Source of the DNA: Malacoraja senta
Lineage: Eukaryota
Direction: 5' to 3'
Assembly (NCBI GenBank): GCA_038087875.1
Contig: CM075990.1
Span: 10,046,001-10,106,000, forward strand
Length of the DNA: 60,000 nt
The translations under genes were made by a program, and so were the position numbers. Each line of letters begins with the position of its first letter. Within the stretch, counting starts at the first letter, position 1. This document shows, piece by piece, positions 26,684 through 41,600 of the stretch. A model generated the notes under the pieces. That model worked only from the letters and a program-made list of their open reading frames with translations, searched no databases and was not told where the DNA came from.

Positions 26684-29600
26684 TGATATATATATATTTA
26701 TATGTGTGTGTACGTGCACGTGTAGATCGATAGATAGTTACACACACATGTGCATCGGCATACAAATGTGCAAAGCCCATTCACTTGACTCAGGAAATGA
26801 CTGGAACGAGTGCACAGCTCGCTTCAAATCTTAATCATCTCTGGAAAATGAAGCTTGCCTCACCTCACAATAAACTGGCATTTGGTCTGAAGCAGAATGT
26901 TCTTTTCAGAGTAGACATGCTCTTGTTGCCGAGTATCCACAACATGCTTCTTTTTGATACATTTCAGGGCAAAGGTGATATCTTCATCCTTCAGTTTCAC
27001 CTGGAGAAGCACCGAATTGTACAAGACATTTCAGTTAACATAACAGACAGAAAAAGCAAGACTGGACTTGTCCTTTTATCTCAAAATGAGCATGATGCAC
27101 TATAGCATATCCATGATAGCTAATCATTTAAACTCCAGATCGAACGTTTACTATTTAAATTGATAAATAGCTAAGTGCACAGCAATGAGTTTGAAAAGGA
27201 GTGCCACATAAAGTGACCAATTAGCAGTAAAATGGCGACATTCGAGACTGCAGATGGCGGAATCTTGAGTAAAAAAACTGTCGGAGGAATTCGGCAGTTA
27301 AGACTGAAGAAGGGTCCCTATCCAAAACATTGTTGTCCATTTCCCTCCACAGATGCTGTCTGACCCACTGTGTTCCTCCAGCGCTTAGAGGTTGACCAAT
27401 CAGCACCAGTGCAAACACTGTGAACATTGTAGGTTTATGTGTGTATCATTTTGCGATACATTTATGAGTCACATCTCCACAGCTGAGGGTGGGTGATTAA
27501 TGCTCAAGAGTAAATTGCAAGGCCAAAGAGTTTTGCTTTGTTCAGAAGCTTCCACAAATGACTCTCCCATCATGCTGAGTAACTGTGCCACCTCCAAATT
27601 TTCATCAATCTAAAAAATAGCTGGCTCAGTTTAGTTCAGAGATACTGCGCGGAAACGGGCCCTTCGGCTCACCGTGTCCACGCCGGCCATCGATCCCCGC
27701 ACACTAAAGCTACCCTACACACACTAGGAACAATTTACATTTATAAGAAGCTAATTAACCTACAAACCTGTACGTCTTTGATGTGTGGAAGGAAACCGAA
27801 GATCTCGGAGAAAACCCACACAGGTCATGGGGAGAACATACAAACTCCATACTGACAGCACCCGGGATCGAACCCGGGCTCCTGCTGCTGTAAGACAGCA
27901 ACTTTACTGCTGTGCCACCATGACACCACCTTAACAAGATTGTTTTAATTTGTACCATTATCAACATTAGAGTCATAGAGTTACACCGCATAGAAACAGG
28001 CTTTGTCCACTTTGTCCATGTCGACATAGTTTTGACAATGATCCCTCTCGCCCCTACAACCATTCCCCATCACTTTTCTTCCAATCCCACTCACCAGGTC
28101 TACACGGCCAAAGCCCCCCATGCCCAGAGTGGTAATGATGTCAAAGTTTTTGGAAGGGGATGCATTTGTAAACTTGGCCACCTTTTCCCTCAGTCGCATC
28201 ACCTCGATGCACTCAGAGGAAAGTTGTTGCGCAGTTGTGAGTGGCCTTCGGAAATAAAAGGAATCAGATTTTAATTGGTAACAGTGAATGAGGGAAGAAA
28301 ACAACAGTACAGAAAGCATCAAGCAATCGGGTAGCCACAACATAAAGTACCTGGCAGCTTCTGCACAACCTGTTTCTACAAATTCCCAATCAAAGGCTTT
28401 GGAAACGTTTCATAGATTGGCATGTGAATTTTTATTTTCTTTCACCACTTTTTGTAAAAACAATACCTTTTCCCTTGCTTTGATTTAACTTGCACAGCTT
28501 TTGTAACAAATTTTGCTCGCCAAGTTAAAAAAAAAAAATTTAATTAAAAAAAAAAATAGGTGCAGGAGTAGGCCATTCGGCCCTTCGAGCCTGCACCGCC
28601 ATTCAATATGATCATGGCTGATCATCCAACTCAGTATCCTGTACCTGTTTTCTCTGCATACCCCCTGATCCCTTTAGCCACAAGGGCCACATCTAACTCC
28701 CTCTTAAATATAGCCAATGAACTGGCCTCAACTACATTCTGTGGCAGAGAATTCCAGAGATTCACCACTCTCTATGTAAAAAATGTGTTTCTCATCTCAG
28801 TCCTAAAAGATTTCCCCTTTATCCTTAAACTATGACCCTTGTTCTGGACTTCCCCAACATCGGGAACAATCTTCCTGCATCTAGCCTGTCCAACCCCTTA
28901 AGAATTTTGTAAGTTTCTATAAGATCCCCCTCAATCTTCTAAATTCTAGCGAGTACAAGCCGAGTCAATCCAGTCTTTCTTCATATGAAAGTCCTGACAT
29001 CCCAGGAATCAGTCTGGTGAACCTTCTCTGTACTCCCTCTATGGCAAGAATGTCCTTCCTCAGATTAGGAGACCAAAACTGTACGCAATACTCCAGGTGT
29101 GGTCTCACCAAGACCCTGTACAACTGCAGTAGAACCTCCCTGCTCCTATACTCAGTTTTGACATAACTACTCCTTGGTCCTGTCTACTCCTGCTCAAATG
29201 TTCTCGTGTTCTTATGCCCTACTCTTTTCATTAAGTTTATTATCGGTAAAAAATCTGCATTCTTCTCCATTCTCTCGCCTGTTTGGAAGTTTCAAAGACA
29301 GTGTGACATTGAAACTAGCACAATCTGGTGGTCAAGTAGATGTTTAAATCTACAAGATTTAAACATCTACTTTCCAATGATGGCACCAAACTTGAATTCG
29401 GGTCTAAATGAATGAGGTACGCAAAAATAATAAAATAAACTGTAAAGGAGGAGTGAAGTAACCTGCAGGAATATTCAGTATTTTCAAGTTGCAGTTTTGT
29501 TTTCCCATTGAACTCCTAACTTGATGTAAGAATGTTGAGGTACCTTGAAATGGGAATTTCTCAGCGTACCTGCCTTTGACAATACTTGCAAGTATGACAA

Positions 29601-32600
29601 TTGTGGAACATCAAAAGTCCAACATTTGGGACTGTATTCTATGAAAGCCTTGACCTTTTGCTGTAAATAAGGCCTATGTTCTCTCTCAGATTACACTACT
29701 TGCCTGCATGCAATTAATGTTACTGACTGAAGATAATTTAAAGGATGCATGGGAGAAGAGGAGGACAGTTACTTGCTCACAGTTTAGTCAGTGGCCACCA
29801 TTAAAACCAATCTGGGAATCCCAAGAGATCTAACAGATGGGAAGAAGCAGCAAACTGTCAGCATTTTCTGCTTGATCTCTGTTATTAATTACCTAAAACT
29901 AACAGATAGTTACCAGAGGAATGTTTTTAAAGACAGTGACCATAGAAGCTTCACTGAAATTCTGATTATGATTTCTCATTCAACTCAAACTGGAAAATGC
30001 CAAAGATGGAGAGAGTGAAGCTAAACAACTAAAAATTAATTCAGGATTGATAACAAAAAGCAAACATTAGAATCAGTTCAGGTCATTGACGAGGGGCTTG
30101 GAAATGTTATTCAGAATATGCATTGTGTTTCATTTAGATTCTATTATGGCGATGATTAATTATTCACACTCGTTCATGTCTGTATTCATAATGAAAAATA
30201 ACACAACAGAACAAAATTGATGCAGCTTACATGTAAATTCTTTCAAAGAAGGAAATCTACTCAGGAACAAAAATCGTGGTGAGGAAGAGAGAGATGAGGG
30301 AGACACAAGAGACTGCAGATGCTGGAATCTGAAGCAAAAAACAAACTGCTGGAAGTGACAAGTGTGACTTGACCCATCGGGCTTGCTTTTCCATAAACAC
30401 ATCACATGATGCTTGTGCGACAACTGAAAACACTTGCACTAAAGTGGGCATGAAAGACCATGCATGACTCGGAAGAAAGAGAGCACTTGAATGGAGACTG
30501 ATATAGAGCTTTAAGGGATGCAGTACAATGGGGCTATTGAGCTATGGGGCACATGTTGATGACAATTCTGTTTAACATCCCAGCCAAAGTATAACACATC
30601 CTATGGCACAGCACAATTTCCACCAGGTTACTAGAAAGGGAGCTAGCCGTGCCTTTTGACTCAGAGACAGGAGGAGGACAGTTACTTGCTCACAGTTGCT
30701 CTGCCAGTGTACATTCACAACAACTGCATATACAGTAGGAACACGTAACATCAACTAGTAGGATTTGCTCCAACCAAACTAATGATACAATGAGAAATGG
30801 AGGATACTGACATTGTATTTCTGTTTTCATCGCTGCGGGAGAGTTGTTCCACGTACTCCTTCAAGTAGGTCTGCAACTCCTCATATGTGCCAACCATTTG
30901 GTTAAAGACGCTGGGAACACATTTCAAAATGCATTTAGATGAATCCAATCACATAATTAAAAAACTTTTTAGTGGGCACATCAATTTGGTTAAAGAGGAG
31001 AGTTGGGGGTGGAGAGGGGGGTGGGGGGTGGGGGAGGGGGGTGCGGGATTGTGGAGGGGAAGGACCCTTGGAAGCTAGAGGAGTAGAGATGAGACAAGGG
31101 AGAGGAAGCAGATGAATGGGATAATCAGGATGTCAGGGGAAATGTCACACATCTTCAGCACTTTATATAACATATTTGAAGATAGATATATTTTATTTTG
31201 TTTAATTAAATTTGAATTAGATCATTTGAGGTTTTGCAAACCAAATTTGATTCCTTTTGAAATTGAAATAACACTCAATTAACCAGTGGATGAAAGTTCA
31301 CTCCACAGGAAGACGTACTCATAATCTACAACTAAGCAGCGGATATCATCATCCCCTGCAATTAAGTTTATCAGTGAAGAACTTCACTTGAAGGCCATAA
31401 TTTTTATGTCATTGAACAATTAGGGCAGACTTCATATTATTTATATCTATTATTTTCATTGGATTCTGCCACTCAAGGAGCTGAGATGAAAACCTACTTA
31501 ATTGGTATCCAAGCTTAATTCCAGTTGTTGAACAAGCCTGTTAGTTCTTAGACAGGGTATAAGATCATCAGAAGCATCTGCTGTTACCATGGAGAGGTCC
31601 AGAGGTCCAACTAGTCAGGCTGGTTGGCCAGAGTCACAGAACCAGGGGAGCACGGTAGCGCAGCGGTAGAGTTGCTGCCTTATGCCCCTATCCCACTTAG
31701 GAAACCTGAACAGAAACCTCTGGAGACTTTGCGCCTCACCCAAGGTTTCCGTGCGGTTCCCGGAGGTTTTTGTCAGTCTCCCTAATGTTCGAAAGTGGTT
31801 TCCGCTTCTTCTATGTTCCGGCGATTATTTCAAAAAATTCAAAACCGGCCGCAACTAAAAATAGGTTGCTGTATTAAAAATCGGTAATTTTTTAGTCAAA
31901 GCCGGTTGCGATGCTAGTTGAAGGTGGTTGCCGGAGGTTGCAGGTAGTGGAAGGTAAGACCTTTTTTTCACCCAGTTATAATCCACCAGGGAAGTCTTAC
32001 CTTCCACTACCTGCAACCTCCGGCAACCACCTTCAACTAGCATCGCAACCGGCTTTGAGTGAAAAATTAGCGATTTTTAAAACGGCAACCTATTTTTAGT
32101 CACGGCCGATTTTTAATTTTTTGAAATAATCGCCGGAACATAGAAGAAGCGGAAACCACTTTCGACCATTAGGGAGACTGACAAAAACCTCCGGGAACCG
32201 CACAGAAACCTTGGGTGGGGCGCAAAGTCTCCAGAGGTTTCCTAAGTGGGACAGGGGCATTACAGCGCCAGAGAACCAGGTTTGATCCTGACTACGGGTG
32301 CTGTCTGTACGGAGTTTGTACATTCTTCTCGTGACCATGCGGGTTTTCTCCGAGATCTTCGGTTTCCTCCCACACACCAAAGGCGTACAGGTCTGTAGGT
32401 TAATTGGCTTGTATACATTTTAAATTGTCCCCAGTTTGTGCAGGACAGTGTTAGAGGGATCGCTGATCGATGCAGACTCGGTGGGCCGAAAGGCCTGTTT
32501 CTTTGCTGTATCCCTAAACCAGAGGTACCCTGAGACCACATCTCCAAACTGCAAGTGTCGTTCCCTTTTGTAGTTGGCATCAATAGCTCTTGGCTATTCA

Positions 32601-35600
32601 TGGGGTTTTCATAAATGTGAATGTTGGATAATTAATACATTTACATTTAATCATTGTCATAGTTCCTATGAGACAGGACATTTTGAAATGAAGCTGGTAT
32701 TGTTTGCTGCAGAACAGAGGAGGTTCTGGGAAAGAAATCTTTTGAGCAGATAGCGAGGAATTGATTCCACTATCAGGGTGACTGTAATCAATGGACACAT
32801 GATTAAGATAATTGCTGAGGAACGAGAGCAGATGCAGAGATTTCTTTAATGCAAAATGTTTGTGCTGCCTGAAAGGGCAGAGGAAGCAGGTTGAATAGTA
32901 ATTATAAAAAGAGAACTGGATGTATATTGGAAGGGAAAATGTTGATACGGCATGGGGGGGGGGGGGGGGGGGGGGGGAGGATGCAGGACTATGGTGCTCT
33001 TTTGAAGGGTTTAGCACAGAACCATGCTAAGTTCCTGAGATAAAATGCATCCTATTGTTAATGAATAATACCATTGAAATTGCCTCTCATTTGAATTATT
33101 ATTTAAGTAGAATGTACCCCATTATGACATTGTATTTGATTAGCTGGAGTACAATTCAGTATTATGACTTTTGTAATATAAAAAATTGTTTCGAACAGTG
33201 ATATAGGTACCAGACAGGAAAGGGAAAGAAACCAAAGGACTACACAGACTAGTAGGTGATGGGCAGTGTGAACTGTTATGTTTGAATAAAGGCGACAATT
33301 AATTATGGCTTGTTAGGTTTCACAACCCTAAAATTAAAACTCTCTAGCTACAAGGATATTGTGGTCAGGGCAGAGTGCCCAAAGCAGCCAATGAAGGTTG
33401 TGCCTGATTTTGATCGTTGGTGGTTTAATACCTGGGTTAGTTGTGAGTACAAGCAGGGTTCACTTGCAGCAGAGAGAGTAAAGAAGCAAGAAATTGTATC
33501 CTGATATCAGGTGAATTACTGTAACCTCTCAATCTGAAATAATAATATTTCACCACTGAATAATGAATTCTTGCTTTTTGTCATTTACGAAAATCCCACT
33601 GCAGAGCTGATGGTAATTTGAGTATTTGTAAAACATGTTTTATTCCTGCCAAAGTTGAAATACCACTCAATGTTCCCCACTACCCACTGCATGAAAGTTC
33701 ACTCCATAGGAAGACTTACTCGCGATCTACAACCAAGCACTGGGTGTCATCATCATCTGCAATTATGTTTGCAGAACGAAGATCCTCGCTGTGTAAGGAG
33801 AGAAAAGAAAGATGTTGCGATCAGATTAGGGCTGATTTTCTGATCTGCCTTTTTTATTTGTGAAATCTCTTTCAGAATTAACTTTTCCATTAAAATGTCC
33901 TCAATGTACTTGTAATGTAATGTTAATAGAATATTTTGAATATCGTTTCAAATGTATACCATTAAAGCAGTTAAAGAATTGATAGTAATACGGTGTTGTC
34001 ACCCGATTCTACAAATGTGTTCTAGTTACATCCCAACTCTTTGCTTACCCCAATGATGTATAAAGCATTATCAGGATGAACATATAAACATATTATTTCA
34101 GAGCAGGAGTAGGCACATTATCTAAGCATTGAGAAACTAATATTTATGATTTGGTCTCAATTCTTCCACAGAGGACTTGTTACCTCATCCATTCAATTAG
34201 TTTTGACGTAAGATGTGGTCAATGCATTCTTTACATTCAAACACTTAGTCTTTATGTACTGAGCAATCAAGCAAGGCATCGCAAAAGAAAGAAGCAGAGA
34301 AAAGAGCTGGGGGTTGATTAAAGGGATTAGTTGGGGATGGAGTCAATAGACAGGTCAAATGAAGAAGTCAGATATGAGCGGTAGGAGTCTTGAGCCCTCA
34401 GAATGAAGGATAGATGGAGGCATAAACGCTCTCTATACATTGAGAGGTACTTAGGTGGACACTTATGCTGTAGACTATATGGCTACATCCTGAACAAAAC
34501 ACAAAGTGGCGGAGGAACTCAACGGGTCAAGCAGCATCTGTGGAGGGAATGGACAGGTGATTTTCAGGACTGGACTCATCCTCCAGCATCTGAAGTTCCT
34601 TGTTCAGGTTAGCATTGTATGAATGGGCTGAATGTACAATAAGGACAAAAGAGTCAGTAATATGTTCCACTTTCTGATGTGAATCAGAGCTCACAAAATA
34701 AAAGCAGCCCACAACTCTATCCGGATGCATTCGTTTAGTATCTCACGTGCTCTGGTTGTATGATGAATAAGAAAGCTGCCTTGTTCCACCAAGTGTCAAA
34801 CTGCCATTTATAAAGCAGCTAATTTACTAATTATTGTGTCTTTTTCTGTTATTTTCACTTTGTTCTACTCAGGCATTTTGTAGAACAGTATTTCTCTGTC
34901 ATAAGCTGAAATGAAAACTCTGTGATACCACAAAGACTTAAAACAATGACTAGCAATATGAAGAACATAATGTTTGTGAAGTATGATTGCTATTTTGCAC
35001 ATTCACAACTTTTCCTTGCAGAAGAGTGTGTGGAGAAAACAGCAGAAGTGTTTGTACTCGGATTAGCAGTGTGACAGAGGAGCCACAGCTGATGTGGTAT
35101 CATTGTTTGCTTCACTAGACTATAGTGCAAATGGGGGAAGGTTCCTAAGCTGATAATGATCTGCCAGGAGCCTAAGTCTATGTTTCTTTCACAGCACATA
35201 ACCATGGGTGCACCAACCCATAGGGTGGTTAGTCAGCTCCAAGAATGTATTGAGTGATGGCAAAACTTAGTTCTGTAAATCAAGACCTGCACTAATTAAA
35301 ACATCTTGTTTGTTGTTTCCTTTCCATTCAATCCCAATTTATGGGATTTCATGCACTGCATACTGCTGTACCTTATTAAAGCTTTTTCTCCAAAGTATTC
35401 CCCTGCCTTTAATTTCTTAATTTCTTGCGGTTCTTCATCTCCCTCTCTTGTCTGTGTCACCTGGACCTGTTCAGGATCAATAAAACAACAAGTGCCATCA
35501 CATCTTTCAATAGCAGATATATACAAATGCACATTAACAGAAACAGAAACTTCTATTTCAGAAGAACTTGTCACATTGCTAATTGATAGTCTGCCAACAT

Positions 35601-38600
35601 GGCAGTTATTGCATTTGTATCTTTCCTCTCTTATCATCATCATCATTGTTGAAAACACCAACGGGCATGGTGCCTTACAATGCAATGTACGACAGTGATT
35701 TCAACTTCGACTGAAGTGTGGATGGCCATTGGCTCGCTAGGAGCTCATCTGCCCTTTGACAGGTCTTGTTTTTGGTCCTGCTGGGGGTCCACAGCCCCCT
35801 CCTCACCTGGCAAACCAGGTTGGGAGACGGTTTCGTGGCCGACTATCCGACCATGGAGCAGGTAGCACGGGATTACATGGTACCCTTGGCGGTGGGAACT
35901 CCCCCCCCAACCTGACCTCTCTTAGATTGCAGTGAAAAATGATGCAAGACTTTGAAAATGACTTCAAATAGCACATTTTAAAATGAACCGTTGTGGCATT
36001 AGCACATAGGCATCTGCAGTACACTCAACAAACAAAGTCAGTCTGTTTATTTTGGTGGTTGGATAGTGGAGGAAATTTGACTAAGGCATGTCCTTGCACT
36101 TATTTATGGTTTTTTAGACACCTTATAAATTCACGCTGCAGATTGCACCACCAGAAATGCAAAAAATTGCACCCACTCTTACATCAATCAATCAGTCTAG
36201 ATTATACAATCAAGATTAGAATGCAAGTTGGTTCATTAATTTAATAATACAGACAACTGAGGCAAATGTAGTTATTACTAAAAAGCAGTGTACTAATTTA
36301 GTAAATCCTCCAATTCAAAAAAAGATCCAAGAATTATTGTCCTTAGCAGGATCACATCTCATAGCATTGGGACTCCACAGATAAATTCATGAATATACAT
36401 CATCTCCTACCTTTCCTTTTGCAATAATGAAGAAGGTGCTACCTTGCTCTCCTTGACGAATGATATAATCGCCCTTATCGTAGTAATCCTAGCAGAGATG
36501 GAGAGATTGAACATTACTACGGCATTGAAAGTCGATAGTAAAAAATGATGGATTAGTCATAGGAATAGATATTCTATTGGCATAATTTGCAAGCCTGTAG
36601 TGATCTAGGAAGATAAATATTTTGTTTATACTCCATAGTACTAGGCTCCTCATTGCTCCAAATTCCAACTCATTGACAAATGAGGGTATGGCCTTTTCTG
36701 ATCTATGTAACTCGAATGAAGAGCCTGTCCTGAAAAGCCCAGCTAGATTAGCTTAGTTTAGGTCATTATCATGTGCACCCAGATAGAGTAGAAAGCTTTT
36801 TTGTTGGAAAGACAATGCATGATTACAATCAAGCCAGCCACAGTGTACAGATACATGACAAAGGGAATAACGTTTAGTGCAAGCCTGTTATTCAGAGAGC
36901 TCAGGACTGTAGCTGCAGCCAAGCCCTGATTCCAAGCCCAGACAAATCTGATTATAACTTTTTATTAATTTTTCAAGGGATGTGGGCTTTGGAAGTTGAG
37001 GTAACATGGAACTACCCATTCCTGATTGCACTGATTTCTGTCAGGTGGGAATAGTGTAGCTGGGACATGTTGGGCAAGTTGGGCCAAAGGGCCTGTTTCC
37101 ACACTGTATCATTCTATGACTCTCTGACACTGGAGAAGGTGGTGGTTATTGAATATCTGCAGTCCTTGAGGTTTTGTAAGGGAGGATGTTCCAGGATTTT
37201 GACCCAGTGAGTGAAGAAATTGTGATTTATTTCCAAGTCAGGAAGGTATGAGACCTGAAGGGTGACTTCCAGTTTGTAGTGTTCCCATGTTTTTGCTCCC
37301 CTTGTTCTTCTACCTGGTAAAGATTGTAGGCTTGGAAGGTGCTCTCCAAGGAGTCTTGGTGAGTGGCTGCAATGCATCCCGTAGATGGTAGAAACTGCTG
37401 CTACTGTGCAGCGATGGTGAATTGAGTGATTAGTTGTGGATAGGCTGCCTATCAAGCAGGCTGCTACACCCTGGGTGGTGTTGAGGTTTTTGAGTGTTGT
37501 TGATGCTGCACACATCAAGACAAATGGAGAGTATTCCATCACACTCCTGATTTGAACCTTGTGGATAGTGGACAGGCTTAGTTGAGCTAGGAAGTGAGTA
37601 ACTCACTGCAGGAATCCTAGCTTCCGACCTATTTTTGCAGCCACATTGTGTATATATACATAATATAATATCCATATATGGACACTCCAGTTCAGTTTTT
37701 GTCAATGGTAGCCCCCAGGAAATTGATAGTGGGAGGTTCAATGATAATAGTCATGGTCAAATCCCATCCATCACTTTGCTGATGATCGGGAGATGGTGGC
37801 AGGCAGATCTGCTTCTTGTGGACAGGTCAGGCTGGGCAATGTTCCACAAGGTCAAGTAGGGTGACACACCAGTGCGGTGGTAGAGTTGCTACCTTAAACC
37901 CCTGTCCCACGGTACGAGTTCATTCCAAGAGTTCTCCTGAGTTTGCCCTGAAAAAGGATAGTTTTAGCTTATCTGGTGGTATGGGCGTTCAAGTTTTTGT
38001 ATCTTCTGCCCTATAGAAGAGTGAAGAACAGGGAACAACCGGGGTTTAAATGACCTTTGGTTACTTGGCTACTTTCCCAAGGCAGTGAAGTGCAGATGGA
38101 ATCGATGAGGGAAAGGCTGGTTTGTGTGATGGACTGGGCTACATCCAAAACTCTCTTGCGATCTTGGCCAGATCTGTTGCCAAACCAAGTTGTGATGTAT
38201 CCCAATAAGATGCTTTCTACTGTGAGGAGACCCCATCACACAGAGTGTCTTGCGAGTGTTCTTCCTAGTGGCCAAATAACAATCCATTCACTTGACATCT
38301 CAGAGGTTGGAGACGTTTAGCCAACAAGGAATTTGATATCTGACATTGTACTTTGTTCTTGAGGCAACTAAGGAGGAAGATGACTGAACGTTATTGCCTT
38401 CCATCACAGTGAGGACTGTGGTGGATGTTTATGTTAAACTTTATTTTATGTGCTGTGTATAATTTAGCTTTTTTACCTAGTATGGCTGCATGGTGGCTCA
38501 AATTCCACTGTACCTTAATTGGTACATGTGACAATTAAATTGAATCATGAATCTTGAATGCTTCTTTAAAAGCCCATGAATGTGCCAATTGGAATTCATG

Positions 38601-41600
38601 ATTGCGACATGACAATATTAGTACATCCTGAGTATAATCAAATATGTTCTTTGAAAAAACCTTCAAAACTAAAGAAAATGTACTCACAACTTCAAGACAA
38701 TCAACAATCTTGGACAACTTCTCTTCGGGCAAGCCTTTCAATATCGAAACACTGCATAATAAATATACAAATGTTTTTAAAAATTGCATTATGTCAATAG
38801 AAACTTATTCCACATCCAGCACTAACAATAAGCTCTGAATTTCTTCAGCTCTGTATATAAACATAACACAAGAAACATTATTTTCTCTACTCAGAGACCC
38901 TAGCTATCTGGGAAAGTACCTTGGATGGGTTTTGGGCAGATGGATGGGTTTGTCAAAACAAACAAATGGATGCAGCTTGCAGCAACACAGGGTGGAAAGA
39001 GCAGCAGTAGAGGAAACTGACATCATTGCCAGGTCAGTCAACCCCTGCAAATTCGACCCAGCGCTGCCACCAAGGCAGCAGGCCTTTAAAGTCAAGATAA
39101 AACTGCATTTTTTAGAACTTTGAAACTTGAAGGTACAAGATGGCGGCAGAAACATGGTAACTCTTGCGTGCTGCCTCAGTGAAATCTACTAATCTAACAG
39201 TGTACTTAGGTATGATTGCGTTTATGTACAGTAAGATTTTTTTGAATTGTATGCAAAAAAAAAACCTCTTGGGTGCATTTGACCATAATAATCCCATTAA
39301 ACCATTTTCATCAAGATTTAATTCTATGGAATGAAAAGAGACACAATGGAAAGTGATAGAAAACAGTAATAATAAATGCCATTTATTGGATGCAAAGAAG
39401 TGTACAGTGCTCCCTCCCCCCCCCCCCCCCCCCCTCAAATCTGGGATTGTAATCAGGATTGCTGCTTTGCTTACCACATATTAATGACATAGGCTTGGGT
39501 GTAGTGGGTACAATTTCCAAATATGTAGATGACAAATAAAACAGAAGCATGGTGAACTGCGGGGAGGATGGTAATGGACTTTAAGATAATAAGGACAAGC
39601 AGGTGGACACATAACAGGTGAAATTCGCACAGAAAAATTTTAAGTGTTACATTTCAGCATGAGGGAGGCAATGTAAGCTAAATGAGGCAATTTCAAAAGG
39701 GATAACACAGCAGAGGGATCCAAGAACATATACGTATGTGTACATCATTGAGCAAACCGAGGAAACAGCTAAAATGTGCACAGGATCATAAGGTCACAAG
39801 GTCATAAGTAATAGGAGCAGAATTAGGCCATTTGGCCAATCAAGTCTACTCTGCCATTCAATAATGGCTGATCTATCTTTCCCTCCTAACCTCTGGGCTT
39901 TATTTATAAATATAATACAAAAGGTATTATACATTGTCCTATCTGGGACACATGACAATAAAACTCTCTTGACTCTTGAAAGGTATAAATAAGGATTCAT
40001 GATGAACCGTTATAAAACACTGGCTCAGTTACATTTGGAGGGTCTAAGGAAGGATGTAGAGATGATTGTCTGAAGCAGCCAGGGGCTCCCAGCTCTCACC
40101 TGCTGAGGAAGTTGAAGTATTTCCTATTCCTCGCCTGTGCTGTTTCCATCATGATGCTTTGGAAAACCTGACGATCCAGAACCCAAATCCAAGACTCTGT
40201 CACAGCTGAAAAAGTTACGGGCGATAGATCAGTGAATAAATATTGGAAAGACCAAATCATAGTTATAGATTAATTTTAGAGAAGATTGATATCTCTGTAA
40301 TCTAACTATAAAAGGAATATTTCAAATTTTCCCTGATTAGCTCGCACCAACACCATGGAACCTCTTCACCTGTCTGAAGCATGTTAGAGTTGAAACCTTC
40401 CACCTGAGCTGGCCAGCTGGTTGTCCCTCTGAAGTGAGATCGTCTTTTAGATTCATAGAGCCATGCAGCATGGAAACGGACCCTTCGGCCCAACTTACCT
40501 ATGCCGACCAAGATGCCCCATCAACACTAGTCCCACCTCCCCATGTTTGGCCTATATCTCTCTAAATGTTTTCTATCCATGTTCCTGTCCAGATGTCTTA
40601 TAAATGTTGTTATAGTACCAGCCTTAACTACTTCTTTTGCCAGCTCATTCCATATACCCACTACCCTGTGTGAAAAAGTTGCTCCTCAGGTTCCTATTAA
40701 ATCTTTTCCCTCTCACCTTAACCCAATGTCCCTTATTCTGGATAAAATACTCTGTTCATTCACCCTGTCTATTCCCCTCATGATCTTATACATCTCTATA
40801 AGATTACCTCTCATCCTCCTGCGCTCTAAGGAATAAAGCCCAAGCTTGCCCAACCTCTCCCTGTAGCTTAGGCTCTCAAGTCCTGGCCACATCCTTTTAA
40901 ATCTTCTTTGCACTCTTTCTAGCTTAACAACATCCTCCATTAACTGTTCCTCATCCCACTTGCCTGGTTGATCACGGTCCTGCTGTATTTTTGATAACCA
41001 TCATCTCTATCTAAAATATCACCCACTTTAGTGTCATCTGTAAACTTACTATTTATGCCTTTTACATACTCACCCAAATCATTGATATAAACCACAAACA
41101 GCAGTGGGCCCAGCACTGATTCCTGAGCCACACTATTAGTTACAGGCCACCTCGAAACAACTTTTCATCATCATCCACTACTTCCTTCCACGAAGCCCAT
41201 TCTCTATCCAGTTGGCTCTCTCCCTGGATCCCATGCAATCTAACCTTCCAGAGTAGCCTCCCATGTGGAACCTTAGCAAATGCTTTTCTGGTCCATATAG
41301 ATGACGTCTACAGTTTTGCCCTCATCGACCTTTTTGATTACTTCAAAAAATTAAATCAGATTTGTAAGACACATTTTCCCATGTACAAAACCATGCTGAC
41401 TATCCCTAATCAGCCCTTCTATCCAAATGCATAAATATCTTATCCCTTAGAATCCTCTCTAGCAACAGGCCTATCACAGATGTTAGACTCACTGGTCTAT
41501 GTTTCCTTGTATTCTATATTCTTCCGCCATTCAATGCAGCGTCTAAGATTCTTCCCCAAAAGAAGGCACTTGTTTTTTTCAAGGTACTTGAAGGTACAAG

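Noticed and set aside
32955..32977. Poly-G run (also poly-C near 39414-39434 and a G-rich stretch at 31005-31075) as functional G-quadruplexes
   Set aside because: Simple low-complexity runs with no supporting context.
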